In this document: positions 37,163-46,940 of the stretch, in pieces | Numbering within the stretch: the first letter of the stretch is position 1 | Layout: each line of letters starts with the position of its first letter | Sequence record: NZ_CP072215.1 | DNA: 64,000 nucleotides | Source of the DNA: a plasmid | Reading direction: 5' to 3' (one strand) | Notes under the pieces: generated by a model | The model's input: only the letters and a program-made list of their open reading frames with translations | Told to the model about the DNA's origin: nothing | Databases searched by the model: none | Made by a program: the position numbers and the translations under genes

Positions 37163-37641
37163 GACTATTTCATGGATCTACAGTTACCGTGAAACGCCCT
37201 AATATACAGAAAGGACGGAAGGCTACGGACTTTGGGAAGGGATTTTATACGACAACCAACTTTGAACAAGCAAAAAAATGGGCTTTGTTGAAGAAGAACA
37301 GGGAACAGAGCGAAAAAGCAATCGTCTCTGTTTATGAAGTTCCCGATGATATTCTTGATAGGGAATATCCGGTTCTTCGGTTTATGGGTGCAACAAAAGA
37401 ATGGCTGGAGTTTGTTGTCAACAACCGCAGAGGAAGAGAAAACGGTGACTATGACCTAATAATGGGGCCTGTCGCAAATGACCAGTTATATGCGACAATT
37501 CGGCTTTATGAACAGAGAGTTGTTACGGCTGAAGCCGCTATTGAGATGCTGAAAGCGCATAAGTTGTTCAATCAGCTTTCATTTCATACGGTAACAGTCG
37601 CTTTGTTGTTGAAGTTTGTTGAATCAATTGAAGTGGGGTAA
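37159..37641 (+). CDS. DUF3990-like protein
   Basis: MRLFHGSTVTVKRPNIQKGRKATDFGKGFYTT N-terminus typical of DUF3990. Confidence 0.5.
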   Translation: MRLFHGSTVTVKRPNIQKGRKATDFGKGFYTTTNFEQAKKWALLKKNREQSEKAIVSVYEVPDDILDREYPVLRFMGATKEWLEFVVNNRRGRENGDYDLIMGPVANDQLYATIRLYEQRVVTAEAAIEMLKAHKLFNQLSFHTVTVALLLKFVESIEVG

Positions 37642-37694
37642 AGAATATGTGAAGTGAAAATAGGGGGAAGTTTATCCCCCAATGGTAAGGTTGT

Positions 37695-38905
37695 TTTTTG
37701 CGTCCACTTAGTTTTTTCCCACCCACCCTTTCAGCGGAGTGACTGCCCGGCAGTCTGTTGCTTACCCATATGTCCTAGCCTTTTAGGGCTGTAGATAGGT
37801 AGTTGGATATTTCGCTGCCAAATCGGCAGTCCGCTTCAATCGTTTGCTTGCTTTTCTCCGAGTGGAGCCTTTCTGCTTTTCCGGTGGTGTAATCTTCTTT
37901 TATTGGAAACAGGTGTAGTGGCTGTATGCCTGTGTGGTTATGTTCTCCCGCAGAATCCGCAAGTCAGTTCTTCCGTTGCAGCTTTTCATTTTATCGTGCA
38001 GTCACTTTTTTCGATACGTGGAATATGATATGCTTCATTCTTCGGCTTCATTTTTTTAAAAGGAATTGCAGATGTTTCTTCCGGTGTGTCGATAGGCGGC
38101 TGACCATCTTTTCGGGATGTGCCATGCTTGCTGTCTAACCGGTTGTTTTTTGCATCCTTTCCAAACCTGTTACTGATTTTCAAGTTTTGTCTTTTTCATA
38201 TCATTTTTTAGGGAAGTCAAATCATTTTCCGTTGCAAATATAGATTGTTGCTAACCCCTTTTACGGGGATAAGGGGACGATTCACAAACACCACGTTGTT
38301 ATTCGTCTGAAATCTTCCTTTTTTTGCCTTGCACAAAAAGCGTATTTAACCCGAATTATTCGTTGCCATCTTCACCAATAAAAAAGTTACAAATCTTCCT
38401 TTTTCCGGCCAGCATAAAAAGAGTATTTATATCTTTTTTCATGGTGTCCCCCAAAGCCAACAATCAGTTATTGCACTGTAAAATTGATTAATTAACTTCT
38501 AAAAAATCAGAGATATGAAAAAGATTGAAAATTCATTCGCAGTAACAGGCAGGATTTGTAGGGATGCAGAAATCCATTTATTCGAAATAGTAAAGGTTGC
38601 ACACTTCTCTATTGTGGTCAGTCGCATAGGCAAGATAAATGAAGAAAAAACATTTGTTTCCTCTGTTATGAAAGTTGAAGCCTAGAGTAAGATGGAAGAC
38701 CGCTATGCTTTTTGGATACTGCAAAAAGATGTACTGATTACCGTTGAAGGCTACTTTAAGCCGGAAGAATGGACGGATTCTAAAAGTGGGGAGAAACGTA
38801 ACCGCATTGTGATGGTAGCTACTAAGTTCTACCCGACTCCGGAAAAATAAGAACCCCCGGACTAAAAAGAAAAAGCAATCAAACGATTGAAGCGGCACAA
38901 GGTCG
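37695..38905. repeat. segmental duplication, copy 1: family-B structured element + ssb-leader region + decayed ssb (deletion variant)
   Basis: Near-identical to 40735..42105 apart from an internal ~120-bp deletion and the decayed ssb. Confidence 0.75.
38520..38852 (+). pseudogene. ssb-like gene copy with in-frame stop and multiple substitutions
   Basis: Aligns with 41699..42097 but carries a TAG (GAAGCCTAGAGT) and divergent codons. Not present as an ORF in the track. Confidence 0.6.
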
Positions 38906-39019
38906 CTTCAATCGTTTGCTAATGCGGCAGAAGATTATAAAAAAAGTGTTTCTTAATTTGGTGATTTTCAGATTTATCGGTATTTTTGTATCAAAAATGA
39001 TACCTAAATATGTTTTTCT

Positions 39020-39358
39020 ATGAAAAGATTATATGATACATATACAATATACGAATTTTCAGATGAATGTATTGTAAAGGAAATCTGCAAGAGAGTTAAG
39101 TCTATAAGACTTAGCTGCTGTTTTTCCCAGCAAGAATTTGCGGATAAGGCAGGAGTATCTATCGTTACTATTAAGAGAATAGAATCTTGTAAAGTAAGTG
39201 ATATTGCCCTAAGTACATTGCTTAAGATTTTGCGTATAAGTGGAACTCTTGAAGGCGTTGTCGGTTTGGTTCCGGAACTTCCAGACTCCCCTTTCCTAAT
39301 CAATGAAAAAACAGGTAAAAGAATACAAAGAATTAACGGTAAACGTAAGATGGTATGA
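39020..39358 (+). CDS. hipB: HipB-like XRE-family HTH protein
   Basis: FSQQEFADKAGVSIVTIKRIESCK HTH. 4-nt overlap with the hipA-like gene. Confidence 0.6.
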   Translation: MKRLYDTYTIYEFSDECIVKEICKRVKSIRLSCCFSQQEFADKAGVSIVTIKRIESCKVSDIALSTLLKILRISGTLEGVVGLVPELPDSPFLINEKTGKRIQRINGKRKMV

Positions 39359-40632
39359 AGAAAGAGCCGATTATAGTGAATGTATATCTGTGGGGGACTT
39401 GCATTGGCAAATTGAATTGGGACTTTGAAAAGCATTGTTCTGTATTCCAATTTACGGATGAATATAGGAAACAAGATTATGATATATGCCCTTCCACACA
39501 CCCTAAGAGAACCCCTTTGTTTGCGTCTTTCTATGGGAATAAAGATAAATTATATCAAGGGCTTCCGGAATTTCTTGCAGATGCGCTTCCTGACAAATGG
39601 GGGGCTTCCCTATTTGACCAATGGCTCACGGATAATAATATAAAGGTTACGGAATCATTGCCTCTATTGAAGCTCTCTTATATTGGCAAGAGGGCTATGG
39701 GAGCATTGGAATTTGAACCGGAATTTAATGATGATGCCATCCATGAGTCAGTAAATATGTCATCATTGGCAACTTTGGCTTCTAAAATATATAATGATCG
39801 AGATGCTGCTGTCATATCACCGGAGGATAGCCTCACGATGAAAAAGTTGATATATCTTGGAACTTCTGCCGGTGGCATGCGCCCGAAGGCAGTGATTGCC
39901 TATAATCTCGAAACGGAAGAGTTTCGTTCCGGCCAGGTGGATTTGCCTGAAAATTTTAAGCAGTATATCATCAAATTTAAAGAAGCAGATGACTCTCCTA
40001 CCACAGAGATAGAAATGGTATATAGCGAAATGGCAAAGGCGGCGGGAATCAACATGATGCCATGCTTCCTGAAAGAAATTGATGGAAGAAATCATTTCGT
40101 AACGGAAAGATTTGATCGTAAGAATGGAGAAAAGCTCTTTAGTCAGACCCTTGCGGCCATTATGCCGGGTGCAGATGATTATATGAAGCTGTGTTGGATA
40201 GCAGAGACTCTGAAACTTCCCCAGGAAGACAAAGATCAGATATTTATCAGAATGGTATTTAATTATGTCGCAGGTATATCCGATGATCATAATAAGAACA
40301 TATCGTTTATCATGGATAAGGCAGGGGTATGGCGTTTATCACCTGCATATGATGTAATGTTCACGGCAAATACATGGGAAAATTCTTCAGCACACATTCA
40401 TTCGATGGGCGTGATGGGCAAAAGGTCTGCCTTGACTACAAGTGATTTCGTCAACTTTGCCGAGGATTTTGTAGAGGAGCCCGAAAAGAAGATATTACAG
40501 GTGTTCGATGCTGTAAGCAAATTTCAATCGTTATGCGCCACGTATGGCATAGATAAGGCTATATTTGATAAAATCCAACATGTATTGGATGGATTGGTCA
40601 CTGATGATTTGGATTTGCTGCAATTAACTTAA
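39355..40632 (+). CDS. hipA: HipA-family kinase toxin (second copy, canonical length)
   Basis: 425 aa. Catalytic loop ISDDHNKNISFIMD and TERFDRKNGEKL motif. ~40% identical to 382..1971. Confidence 0.8.
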   Translation: MKKEPIIVNVYLWGTCIGKLNWDFEKHCSVFQFTDEYRKQDYDICPSTHPKRTPLFASFYGNKDKLYQGLPEFLADALPDKWGASLFDQWLTDNNIKVTESLPLLKLSYIGKRAMGALEFEPEFNDDAIHESVNMSSLATLASKIYNDRDAAVISPEDSLTMKKLIYLGTSAGGMRPKAVIAYNLETEEFRSGQVDLPENFKQYIIKFKEADDSPTTEIEMVYSEMAKAAGINMMPCFLKEIDGRNHFVTERFDRKNGEKLFSQTLAAIMPGADDYMKLCWIAETLKLPQEDKDQIFIRMVFNYVAGISDDHNKNISFIMDKAGVWRLSPAYDVMFTANTWENSSAHIHSMGVMGKRSALTTSDFVNFAEDFVEEPEKKILQVFDAVSKFQSLCATYGIDKAIFDKIQHVLDGLVTDDLDLLQLT

Positions 40633-40734
40633 AGAACAGTAGATGGTGATAGTTGCTCCAGTCTTTTCTGGAACGGCTTTCTTTTCTTTTGAGATCTTTA
40701 TACCCCTATTTGTTATTTTGGAGAAAGTCACATG

Positions 40735-42105
40735 TTTCCCACCCACCCTTTCAGCGGAGTGACTGTCCCCGTTTCAGGATTTCTCATAGTCACTCGCAGG
40801 CTCCGTGATTGTGTGAAATCCAGGAATGGGGAAGGCAAAGGAGAGAGGCATATCCGGTCTGCTTTCGGAGCTTCGGCCACATCGAGACAACCTCTTTCCG
40901 GCGGCTATGCCACTCTCCTTTTATTTGCCCGGCAGTCTGTTGCTTACCCATATGCCCCAGCCTTTTAGGGCTGTATATAGGTAGTCGGATATTTCGCCGC
41001 TAAATCGGCAGTCCGCTTCAATCGTTTGCTTGCTTTTCTCCGAGTGGATGCCTTTCTGTTTTTCCGGTTGTATAATCTTCTTTTTCCGGAAACAGTTGTA
41101 GTGGCTGTATGCCTGTATGGTTATGTTCTCCCCGCAGAATCCGCAAGTCTGTTCTTCCGTTGCAGCCTTTCATTTTATCGTGCAGTCACTTTTTTCGATA
41201 CGTGGAATATTGTATGCTTCATTCTTCGGCTTCATTTTTTTAAAAGGAATTGCAGAGGTTTCTTCCGGTGTGTCGATAGGCGGCTGACCATATTTTCGGA
41301 ATGTGCCATGCTTGCTGTCTGACCGGTTGTTTTTTGCATCCTTTCCAAACCTGTTGCTGATTTTCAAGTTTTGTCTTTTTCATATCATTTTTTAGGGAAG
41401 TCAAATCATTTTCCGTTGCAAATATAGATTGTTGCTAACCCCTTTTACGGGGATAAGGGGACGATTCACAAACACCACGTTGTTATTCGTCTGAAATCTT
41501 CCTTTTTTTGCCTTGCATAAAAAGCGTATTTAACCCGAATTATTTGCTGCCATCTTCACCAATAAAAAAGTTACAAATCTTCCTTTTTCCGGCCAGCATA
41601 AAAAGAGTATTTATATCTTTTTTCATGGTGTCCCCCAAAGCCAACAATCAGTTATTGCACTGTAAAATTGATTAATTAACTTCTAAAAAATCAGAGATAT
41701 GAAAAAGATTGAAAATTCATTCGCAGTAACAGGTTTTATCGGTAAGGATGCAGAAATCCGTAGTTTTGAAACAGCAAGCGTAGCACGCTTTTCTATCGCG
41801 GTCAGCCGTGCAGACAAGACAGGTGAAGAAACCTCTTATGTTTCCGCTTTCATGGGGATTGAAGCCTGGAGAAAGAATGAAGCACTGGATTCCTTCGATG
41901 TATTGAAAAAAGGTGAGCTGATAACCGTTGAAGGCTACTTTAAGCCGGAAGAATGGACGGATTCTAAAAGTGGGGAGAAGCGTAACCGCATTGTGATGGT
42001 AGCCACCAAGTTTTATCCGGCTCCGGAAAAAGAAGAAGAAAAACCGGATCAGCCTAAACAGAAGGCTGTCTCTAAAAAGAAAAAAGCAAGCAAATGATTG
42101 AAGCG
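40735..42105. repeat. segmental duplication, copy 2: family-B element (full length) + leader + intact ssb
   Basis: See 37695..38905. Its family-B element retains a segment homologous to family A (GGAGCTTCGGCCACATCGAGACAACCTC). Confidence 0.75.
41699..42097 (+). CDS. ssb: single-stranded DNA-binding protein (OB-fold, conjugative-element type)
   Basis: FAVTGFIGKDAEIRSF...ARFSIAVSR...WRK...GELITVEGYFKPEEWTDSKSGEKRNRIV pattern and acidic/K-rich tail. Confidence 0.7.
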   Translation: MKKIENSFAVTGFIGKDAEIRSFETASVARFSIAVSRADKTGEETSYVSAFMGIEAWRKNEALDSFDVLKKGELITVEGYFKPEEWTDSKSGEKRNRIVMVATKFYPAPEKEEEKPDQPKQKAVSKKKKASK

Positions 42106-42145
42106 GCCTAGTGCCGCTTTTTTTTGCTACATATCCGAGAGTGTT

Positions 42146-42833
42146 TTTGCGTTCACGCAGTATTCTTCCCCACCCTCCCCTTCATCGGAATGACTGTTCT
42201 CATTCCCGGTTTGCCCGTAGTCATCCGCTATGCGGCTGATTATGGGCAAACCAGAAAAGAGAAGTTCCAAACGTGGGCGGGATTGCAATGGTCATCATCC
42301 GGAGCTTCGGCATTGCCGAAACAACCTCCTTCTTCCGTATTGCAGTTCCTTCCTTTTACCGTTTGTCCCGGCAGTCCGTTGCTAACCCGTTCCCCCCCTG
42401 TCACTTGTGGCAGGGAGATAGGAATACGGTTTTGCAAGCAAAACCGTATGGTTTGTTTTACTTTCCGTACTGCCCTTTTCCTTGTTTTCTGCCTCCCCTA
42501 ATGTGCTTTTTTCATAGCTCCATCTGAGATCCTTTGTTTTTGAACGGCAAATTTATTTCGGTGGATGGATACGAAAGAGTTCCGGTCTTCGCCCCTTTGT
42601 CCCGAAAAAAATAACGCCGGACGGCTTCGCTGTCCCCAACATTTTTTGTCGTCCAAAACTTTTCTTAATCCCTCCTTCCTTATTGTTGTGTGCCGTAAAA
42701 AAAAGGCTCATAAACTCAGATGGGGCATGAAAGCTCAAAAAAAAAGTCGGCAGAAAGAAAAGGCCATCCCGGAAAGGGGTTTTAAAAAAAGGTCTTTAAA
42801 TCTAGCTGAAGCATAAAATTAGAAGTTTAACAA
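42146..42833. repeat. repeat family A, copy 3
   Basis: Near-identical to copies 1 and 2. Ends 19 bp before the ATG at 42852. Confidence 0.85.
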
Positions 42834-42851
42834 ACTAAGTAGCAGAAGTAT

Positions 42852-43043
42852 ATGCAAATCATTCAATTTGTTTTTTCGGTCATCATCGCTCTTTGTGCAG
42901 TGGCTATGTTTGTCGGAGCGGTAATAACGCCAAGTCCGATAAAGGTTGTGTCGGTTACGTTGTTGGCTCTTATTTGCCTATTCTCCTTGTTTCTCGTGAA
43001 ATTGGCTTATTGTGAAATGAAATCTAAAAATGATATACTATGA
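42852..43043 (+). CDS. small hydrophobic membrane protein
   Basis: 63 aa, two TM helices. 4-nt overlap with the PcfK-like gene. Confidence 0.35.
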   Translation: MQIIQFVFSVIIALCAVAMFVGAVITPSPIKVVSVTLLALICLFSLFLVKLAYCEMKSKNDIL

Positions 43044-43450
43044 AAGTGTCAGAACAATTTAAAAGTACCATCAAGGCATACCTTGATAATATGGCAGCGG
43101 TGGATAGTCTGTTTGCTCCAGTCTATCAAAAACCTACAAAGAATATAGATAATTGCATTACCTATATTTTAAACCAAGTGAAGAAAAGCGGTTGCTGTGG
43201 TTTTAGTGATGATGAAATTTTTGGTATGGCGTTGCACTATTATCAGGAAGATAATATTGAGGTGGGTAGCCCATTGAAATGTAATGTAGTCGTAAATCAT
43301 CATGTTGAATTGTCAGAGGAAGAAAAGAAAGCGGCTCGTGAGGCTGCTATCAAAAAATTGCAGGAGGAAGAATTGGCAAAGTTGAAGAAGCGTCAACAAG
43401 CTAAACGTGAGAACAACACCGAAGTACAAACCCAGTTAACTCTTTTTTGA
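43040..43450 (+). CDS. PcfK-like protein
   Basis: 136 aa with a charged C-terminal coiled region. Directly precedes the PcfJ-like gene with a 2-bp gap, as in Bacteroides CTns. Confidence 0.55.
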   Translation: MKVSEQFKSTIKAYLDNMAAVDSLFAPVYQKPTKNIDNCITYILNQVKKSGCCGFSDDEIFGMALHYYQEDNIEVGSPLKCNVVVNHHVELSEEEKKAAREAAIKKLQEEELAKLKKRQQAKRENNTEVQTQLTLF

Positions 43451-43451
43451 T

Positions 43452-44699
43452 ATGAAACCCAAGACAAAATTACAAATGGAAATCGTGAATGGGAGCAGGA
43501 AGTTAGCTCCCGTTTCAGAGGCTCAAAAGCGTTATGCCTATAAACATTGCTTTGTGCATTATTTCAAGCGTGATGCAAAGGGGAATTGCTTTTGTTTGGA
43601 TTGTGGGCATACATGGCGGGATAAGGAAGATAAGAAAAACTGTAAATGTCCTCATTGCGGTATGAACCTGAAATTGGAGAATAGCAGGAAAAGGACGGCT
43701 GTATATAAAGAATATTTTTGTGTGATTACTACATACAAGCAATATCAAGTTATCCGTTTTTTTATGGTGGACTGCCGGCTGAAAAAAGGGTCTCCGGCTA
43801 ATTACTTTATAATTGAGGCGGTACAGTGTTGGATGAATAAAGAGGGCAAGACAGAAACGCTGTCTTTGCTGCGGGGCATGTCTATATTTTATTACGATGC
43901 ATGGATATATGGAAGTTCTTTGGAATTGCGTAAGCGGAATGTGCATCATGACCGTATTTATGATATTTGCCCGGCAGTTATCTATCCGAGAATGAAAGTG
44001 ATACCCGAACTTACGAGGAATGGATTTAAGGGTGCCTTTTATGATATTTGTCCGAGTTCCTTCTTTATGACATTATTAACTGATAATCGGATGGAGATAT
44101 TATATAAGGCAGGGCAAATGAATTTGTTCTTGAGATTTTTAGAGAGAAAATACGGTATAGATAAGTATTGGACGTATGTAAAAATCTGTTTAAGACATGA
44201 CTATGTGATACATGATGCGGACTTGTGGCTGGACTATGTGGATATGCTGATAGAAAATAAATTGGATGCGAGAAATCCTCATTATTTGTGTCCGTTGAAT
44301 GTAGAAGAAGCGCATGATTGGGTGATGGGGAAATGTAAGAAAAAATATTCTGAAAAGGATGAAAAAGACTATATTGCTGCCAAATCACGTTTCTTTAATC
44401 TTTCGTTTGCGGATGGAAATATTATGGTTCGGGTATTGGAAAGCCTTTCGGACTTTTACAAAGAGGGAAAGTTGCTGCATCATTGTGTATTCAGCAACGC
44501 CTATTATAAGAGAGAAGATTCGTTGATAATGTCGGCAACGGTGGATGGAAGGCGCATGGAAACGGTGGAGTTTTCACTTAGCAGGATGGAGGTGTGCCAG
44601 TGTCGTGGAAAGTCTAACCAATTATCAGCCTATCATGACCGGATTCTGAATTTGGTACGGGATAATATACCGTTGATAAGGGAAAGGATGGTAGTGTAA
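43452..44699 (+). CDS. PcfJ-like protein
   Basis: 415 aa. N-terminal Cys4 ribbon CFCLDCGHTW...CKCPHCG, then a conserved large domain. Confidence 0.6.
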   Translation: MKPKTKLQMEIVNGSRKLAPVSEAQKRYAYKHCFVHYFKRDAKGNCFCLDCGHTWRDKEDKKNCKCPHCGMNLKLENSRKRTAVYKEYFCVITTYKQYQVIRFFMVDCRLKKGSPANYFIIEAVQCWMNKEGKTETLSLLRGMSIFYYDAWIYGSSLELRKRNVHHDRIYDICPAVIYPRMKVIPELTRNGFKGAFYDICPSSFFMTLLTDNRMEILYKAGQMNLFLRFLERKYGIDKYWTYVKICLRHDYVIHDADLWLDYVDMLIENKLDARNPHYLCPLNVEEAHDWVMGKCKKKYSEKDEKDYIAAKSRFFNLSFADGNIMVRVLESLSDFYKEGKLLHHCVFSNAYYKREDSLIMSATVDGRRMETVEFSLSRMEVCQCRGKSNQLSAYHDRILNLVRDNIPLIRERMVV

Positions 44700-44706
44700 T
44701 GAATAG

Positions 44707-44761
44707 CCCACACATCTAAATGTGTGGGAGTTCTTTTTTGGAAGACGCCCAAAAAAGAACC
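44707..44761. terminator. tandem hairpins: CCCACACA-TCTAAA-TGTGTGGG, then palindrome GTTCTTTTTTGG-N7-CCAAAAAAGAAC
   Basis: Begins 8 bp after the PcfJ-like stop. Second hairpin is the third copy of the 13-bp-arm palindrome family. Confidence 0.5.
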
Positions 44762-44798
44762 CCAAAAAACGTTGTCGCTACACATCGTTACGCTCGGA

Positions 44799-45284
44799 TT
44801 ATTTGCTTGTCGGCTTTAGTTTGCCGATACATTTTTCCATGTCGGGGGACAATAGGAAAGAAGCCGTCTTTTTCTGCTGCACCCCTGAGTGTGGCTGGAC
44901 GATGGCATACCTGCATTTTAATATCTTGCCGATAACTTCCGTACTGTCACGGTGCAGGTACATGGCTTTCATGGCATCCGTTGCTTTCAGGCTTTTTTCG
45001 GCTTCCATATAGGCGGAAAAGGACGGTTTGAATAAGGCACGGGGACTTTCCGCTTTCTGTATGACAGCGGATAATTGTGCGCTTTTGTTGTTCAGGTAGC
45101 ACAGGCTGTCCGATACGGTGACGTCTTCTGTTTCCAACACTTCCAGTAGTTCGAACTTTAAATCCGTCCAGGTGCCGTGAGAATCTGTCTGAACCCATTC
45201 CGCAATGGCCTTCTCATAGCCGGGTTTGCTGCATGAGGAAAAGGCAATGAGCAGCATACAAAAAAATAAATGCTTGATATTCAT
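44799..45284 (-). CDS. hypothetical lipoprotein
   Basis: Signal + lipobox LIAFSSCSK; 161 aa. Confidence 0.5.
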   Translation of the reverse strand: MNIKHLFFCMLLIAFSSCSKPGYEKAIAEWVQTDSHGTWTDLKFELLEVLETEDVTVSDSLCYLNNKSAQLSAVIQKAESPRALFKPSFSAYMEAEKSLKATDAMKAMYLHRDSTEVIGKILKCRYAIVQPHSGVQQKKTASFLLSPDMEKCIGKLKPTSK

Positions 45285-45337
45285 ATTGATCTGATTTTAT
45301 AGGTTGTCGTATTATGTGATGGAGCAAATCTATGAGG

Positions 45338-46363
45338 TTACTGGCCGTCCTCCGTGGAGGAACAGATGCCACACGAGATTTTCAGATCATCGTTCCAATC
45401 CTTGTTTTCCGAAAGTTCGACGTTCTTCAGTTTCCGTACCTTGTTGCGGAGTTCATCGTTACTCAGGCTCTCGACATCAGTCGTATCGCCATGAAAGTAA
45501 CGATGCAGCCATAGAGTGTACTTGTGCCCTTGTTTGTCGTTGTCAAAGATGCTCCGGAGCTCCTTTACCTGGTTCTTGTCAAGAATCAGGCGTAATAGCC
45601 TCATTTGTCCTTCCGTGAATGTCCCTTCCGTAGATACATATACAAGATTGAGGTCGTTTCCGGAATGGCGTAATTGATAGTGGGAGATACAGTCTATAAA
45701 TGACTCCCCAATGTAGAGAATGTCTATCGGGCGGCTTTTGTCATGGTTGCTGGTCGCCAGACAGTCGAACTTGCCACCGATAATCCCTTTGAATGTTTCA
45801 TTTCGTTGAGAAATGGCTTGCACACCGTTTTCATTGTACATCTTGATGCACACGTTGCGGTAAACACTCCCTTTGTTCTTTACCTCACGGATAAAGAAAG
45901 TGTCTTTGAAGAACCGGCTTTCAATGCTTTCTTTCAGGATACCTCTTTTCTGGAGATAATTGCCCTTGTAGGGTTGTAGCTGGCTCAAGTAGAATTGAAG
46001 TTCGTCCGCTCTCATGCTTGTGTTACCTACTTCATACCGGCTTTTTTCGGGTGTCGTGATGCGGTTGGTGTTGATGTAGTTCTGAAGGATCTCCCCCACC
46101 TCGCGCAAGGACGGCATTTTTCCGGTTGTTTCAAATAGATGTTCCTGCATCAGATCCATGATACTGCGGCCACGCACGCTGTCACTATGCACGTCCCAAT
46201 AGGTGTATTGGTTCTGCGAGTTCCGCTTGATGACGATGGTATGCGTTCCGTTGCTCATTTTGGGACAGGAGTTGGAAGAGCCTTCCACGATTTTCCATCC
46301 TAGTTCCAGCAGGAAATCGGGCAGAGAAATGGTTGTTTTTATCTGATTGAAATCGACTTTCAT
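45338..46363 (-). CDS. Toprim-domain protein with DUF3991-like N-terminus (primase-like protein of Bacteroides conjugative elements)
   Basis: ILYIGESFIDCISH (Toprim Glu) and DNDKQG (DxD) motifs; 341 aa. Confidence 0.6.
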   Translation of the reverse strand: MKVDFNQIKTTISLPDFLLELGWKIVEGSSNSCPKMSNGTHTIVIKRNSQNQYTYWDVHSDSVRGRSIMDLMQEHLFETTGKMPSLREVGEILQNYINTNRITTPEKSRYEVGNTSMRADELQFYLSQLQPYKGNYLQKRGILKESIESRFFKDTFFIREVKNKGSVYRNVCIKMYNENGVQAISQRNETFKGIIGGKFDCLATSNHDKSRPIDILYIGESFIDCISHYQLRHSGNDLNLVYVSTEGTFTEGQMRLLRLILDKNQVKELRSIFDNDKQGHKYTLWLHRYFHGDTTDVESLSNDELRNKVRKLKNVELSENKDWNDDLKISCGICSSTEDGQ

Positions 46364-46498
46364 AACGTTGACTGGATTAGTTGAATCTCATTTTATCTGA
46401 GCTTAGATTATAAATGAGAAAGATTATCTTTCATAAAGATAAGAAATATCATCTAAATATGGAAGAGAAAGTATATGTTTTTTGATTCGTCTGCATTT

Positions 46499-46918
46499 TT
46501 ATTTCAAGGTACTGTAAACCAAATCAACAGTAGTGTCTATACCGGGAACGGCCTCCAACTGTTTGCTCTGGTTGAATACGCTTTCCCCGTCTTTTTTTAT
46601 CTGCATGGTGATGATAGCACTCTCTTTTGAATAGAGAATGCCTTGCACGGTAATTTGGCTGACAGGCTTTTCCGTGCTGTATTCCGCTTTATCGGTGAAA
46701 CTCTCATCTACGGAAGCTGCGGAGGTACCGGTGCGTTCGTTCCTGAATCTCACGCCGTCAAGATTATATATATGCACACTGCCTTTGGGTGAGGAACCGG
46801 TTACGGCTACGGTGATGTGATACATGCCGGCTTTGTCTGTTTCCGATTGGATTTCCTCTTTGTTGCATGAAGCGGCCAATAAGCAGGCTGCCGCTAATAA
46901 TGAATGAATTTTTCTCAT
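46499..46918 (-). CDS. hypothetical lipoprotein
   Basis: LLAAACLLAASCNKEE lipobox; 139 aa. Confidence 0.5.
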   Translation of the reverse strand: MRKIHSLLAAACLLAASCNKEEIQSETDKAGMYHITVAVTGSSPKGSVHIYNLDGVRFRNERTGTSAASVDESFTDKAEYSTEKPVSQITVQGILYSKESAIITMQIKKDGESVFNQSKQLEAVPGIDTTVDLVYSTLK

Positions 46919-46940
46919 GGTAGGATTCTTTTGTTGAATG

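Noticed and set aside
37986-38183. 65-aa minus-strand ORF (and twin at 41170..41367) in the duplicated ssb-leader region
   Set aside because: All differences between the two copies are non-synonymous, so there is no sign of purifying selection. Likely a spurious ORF in a regulatory region.
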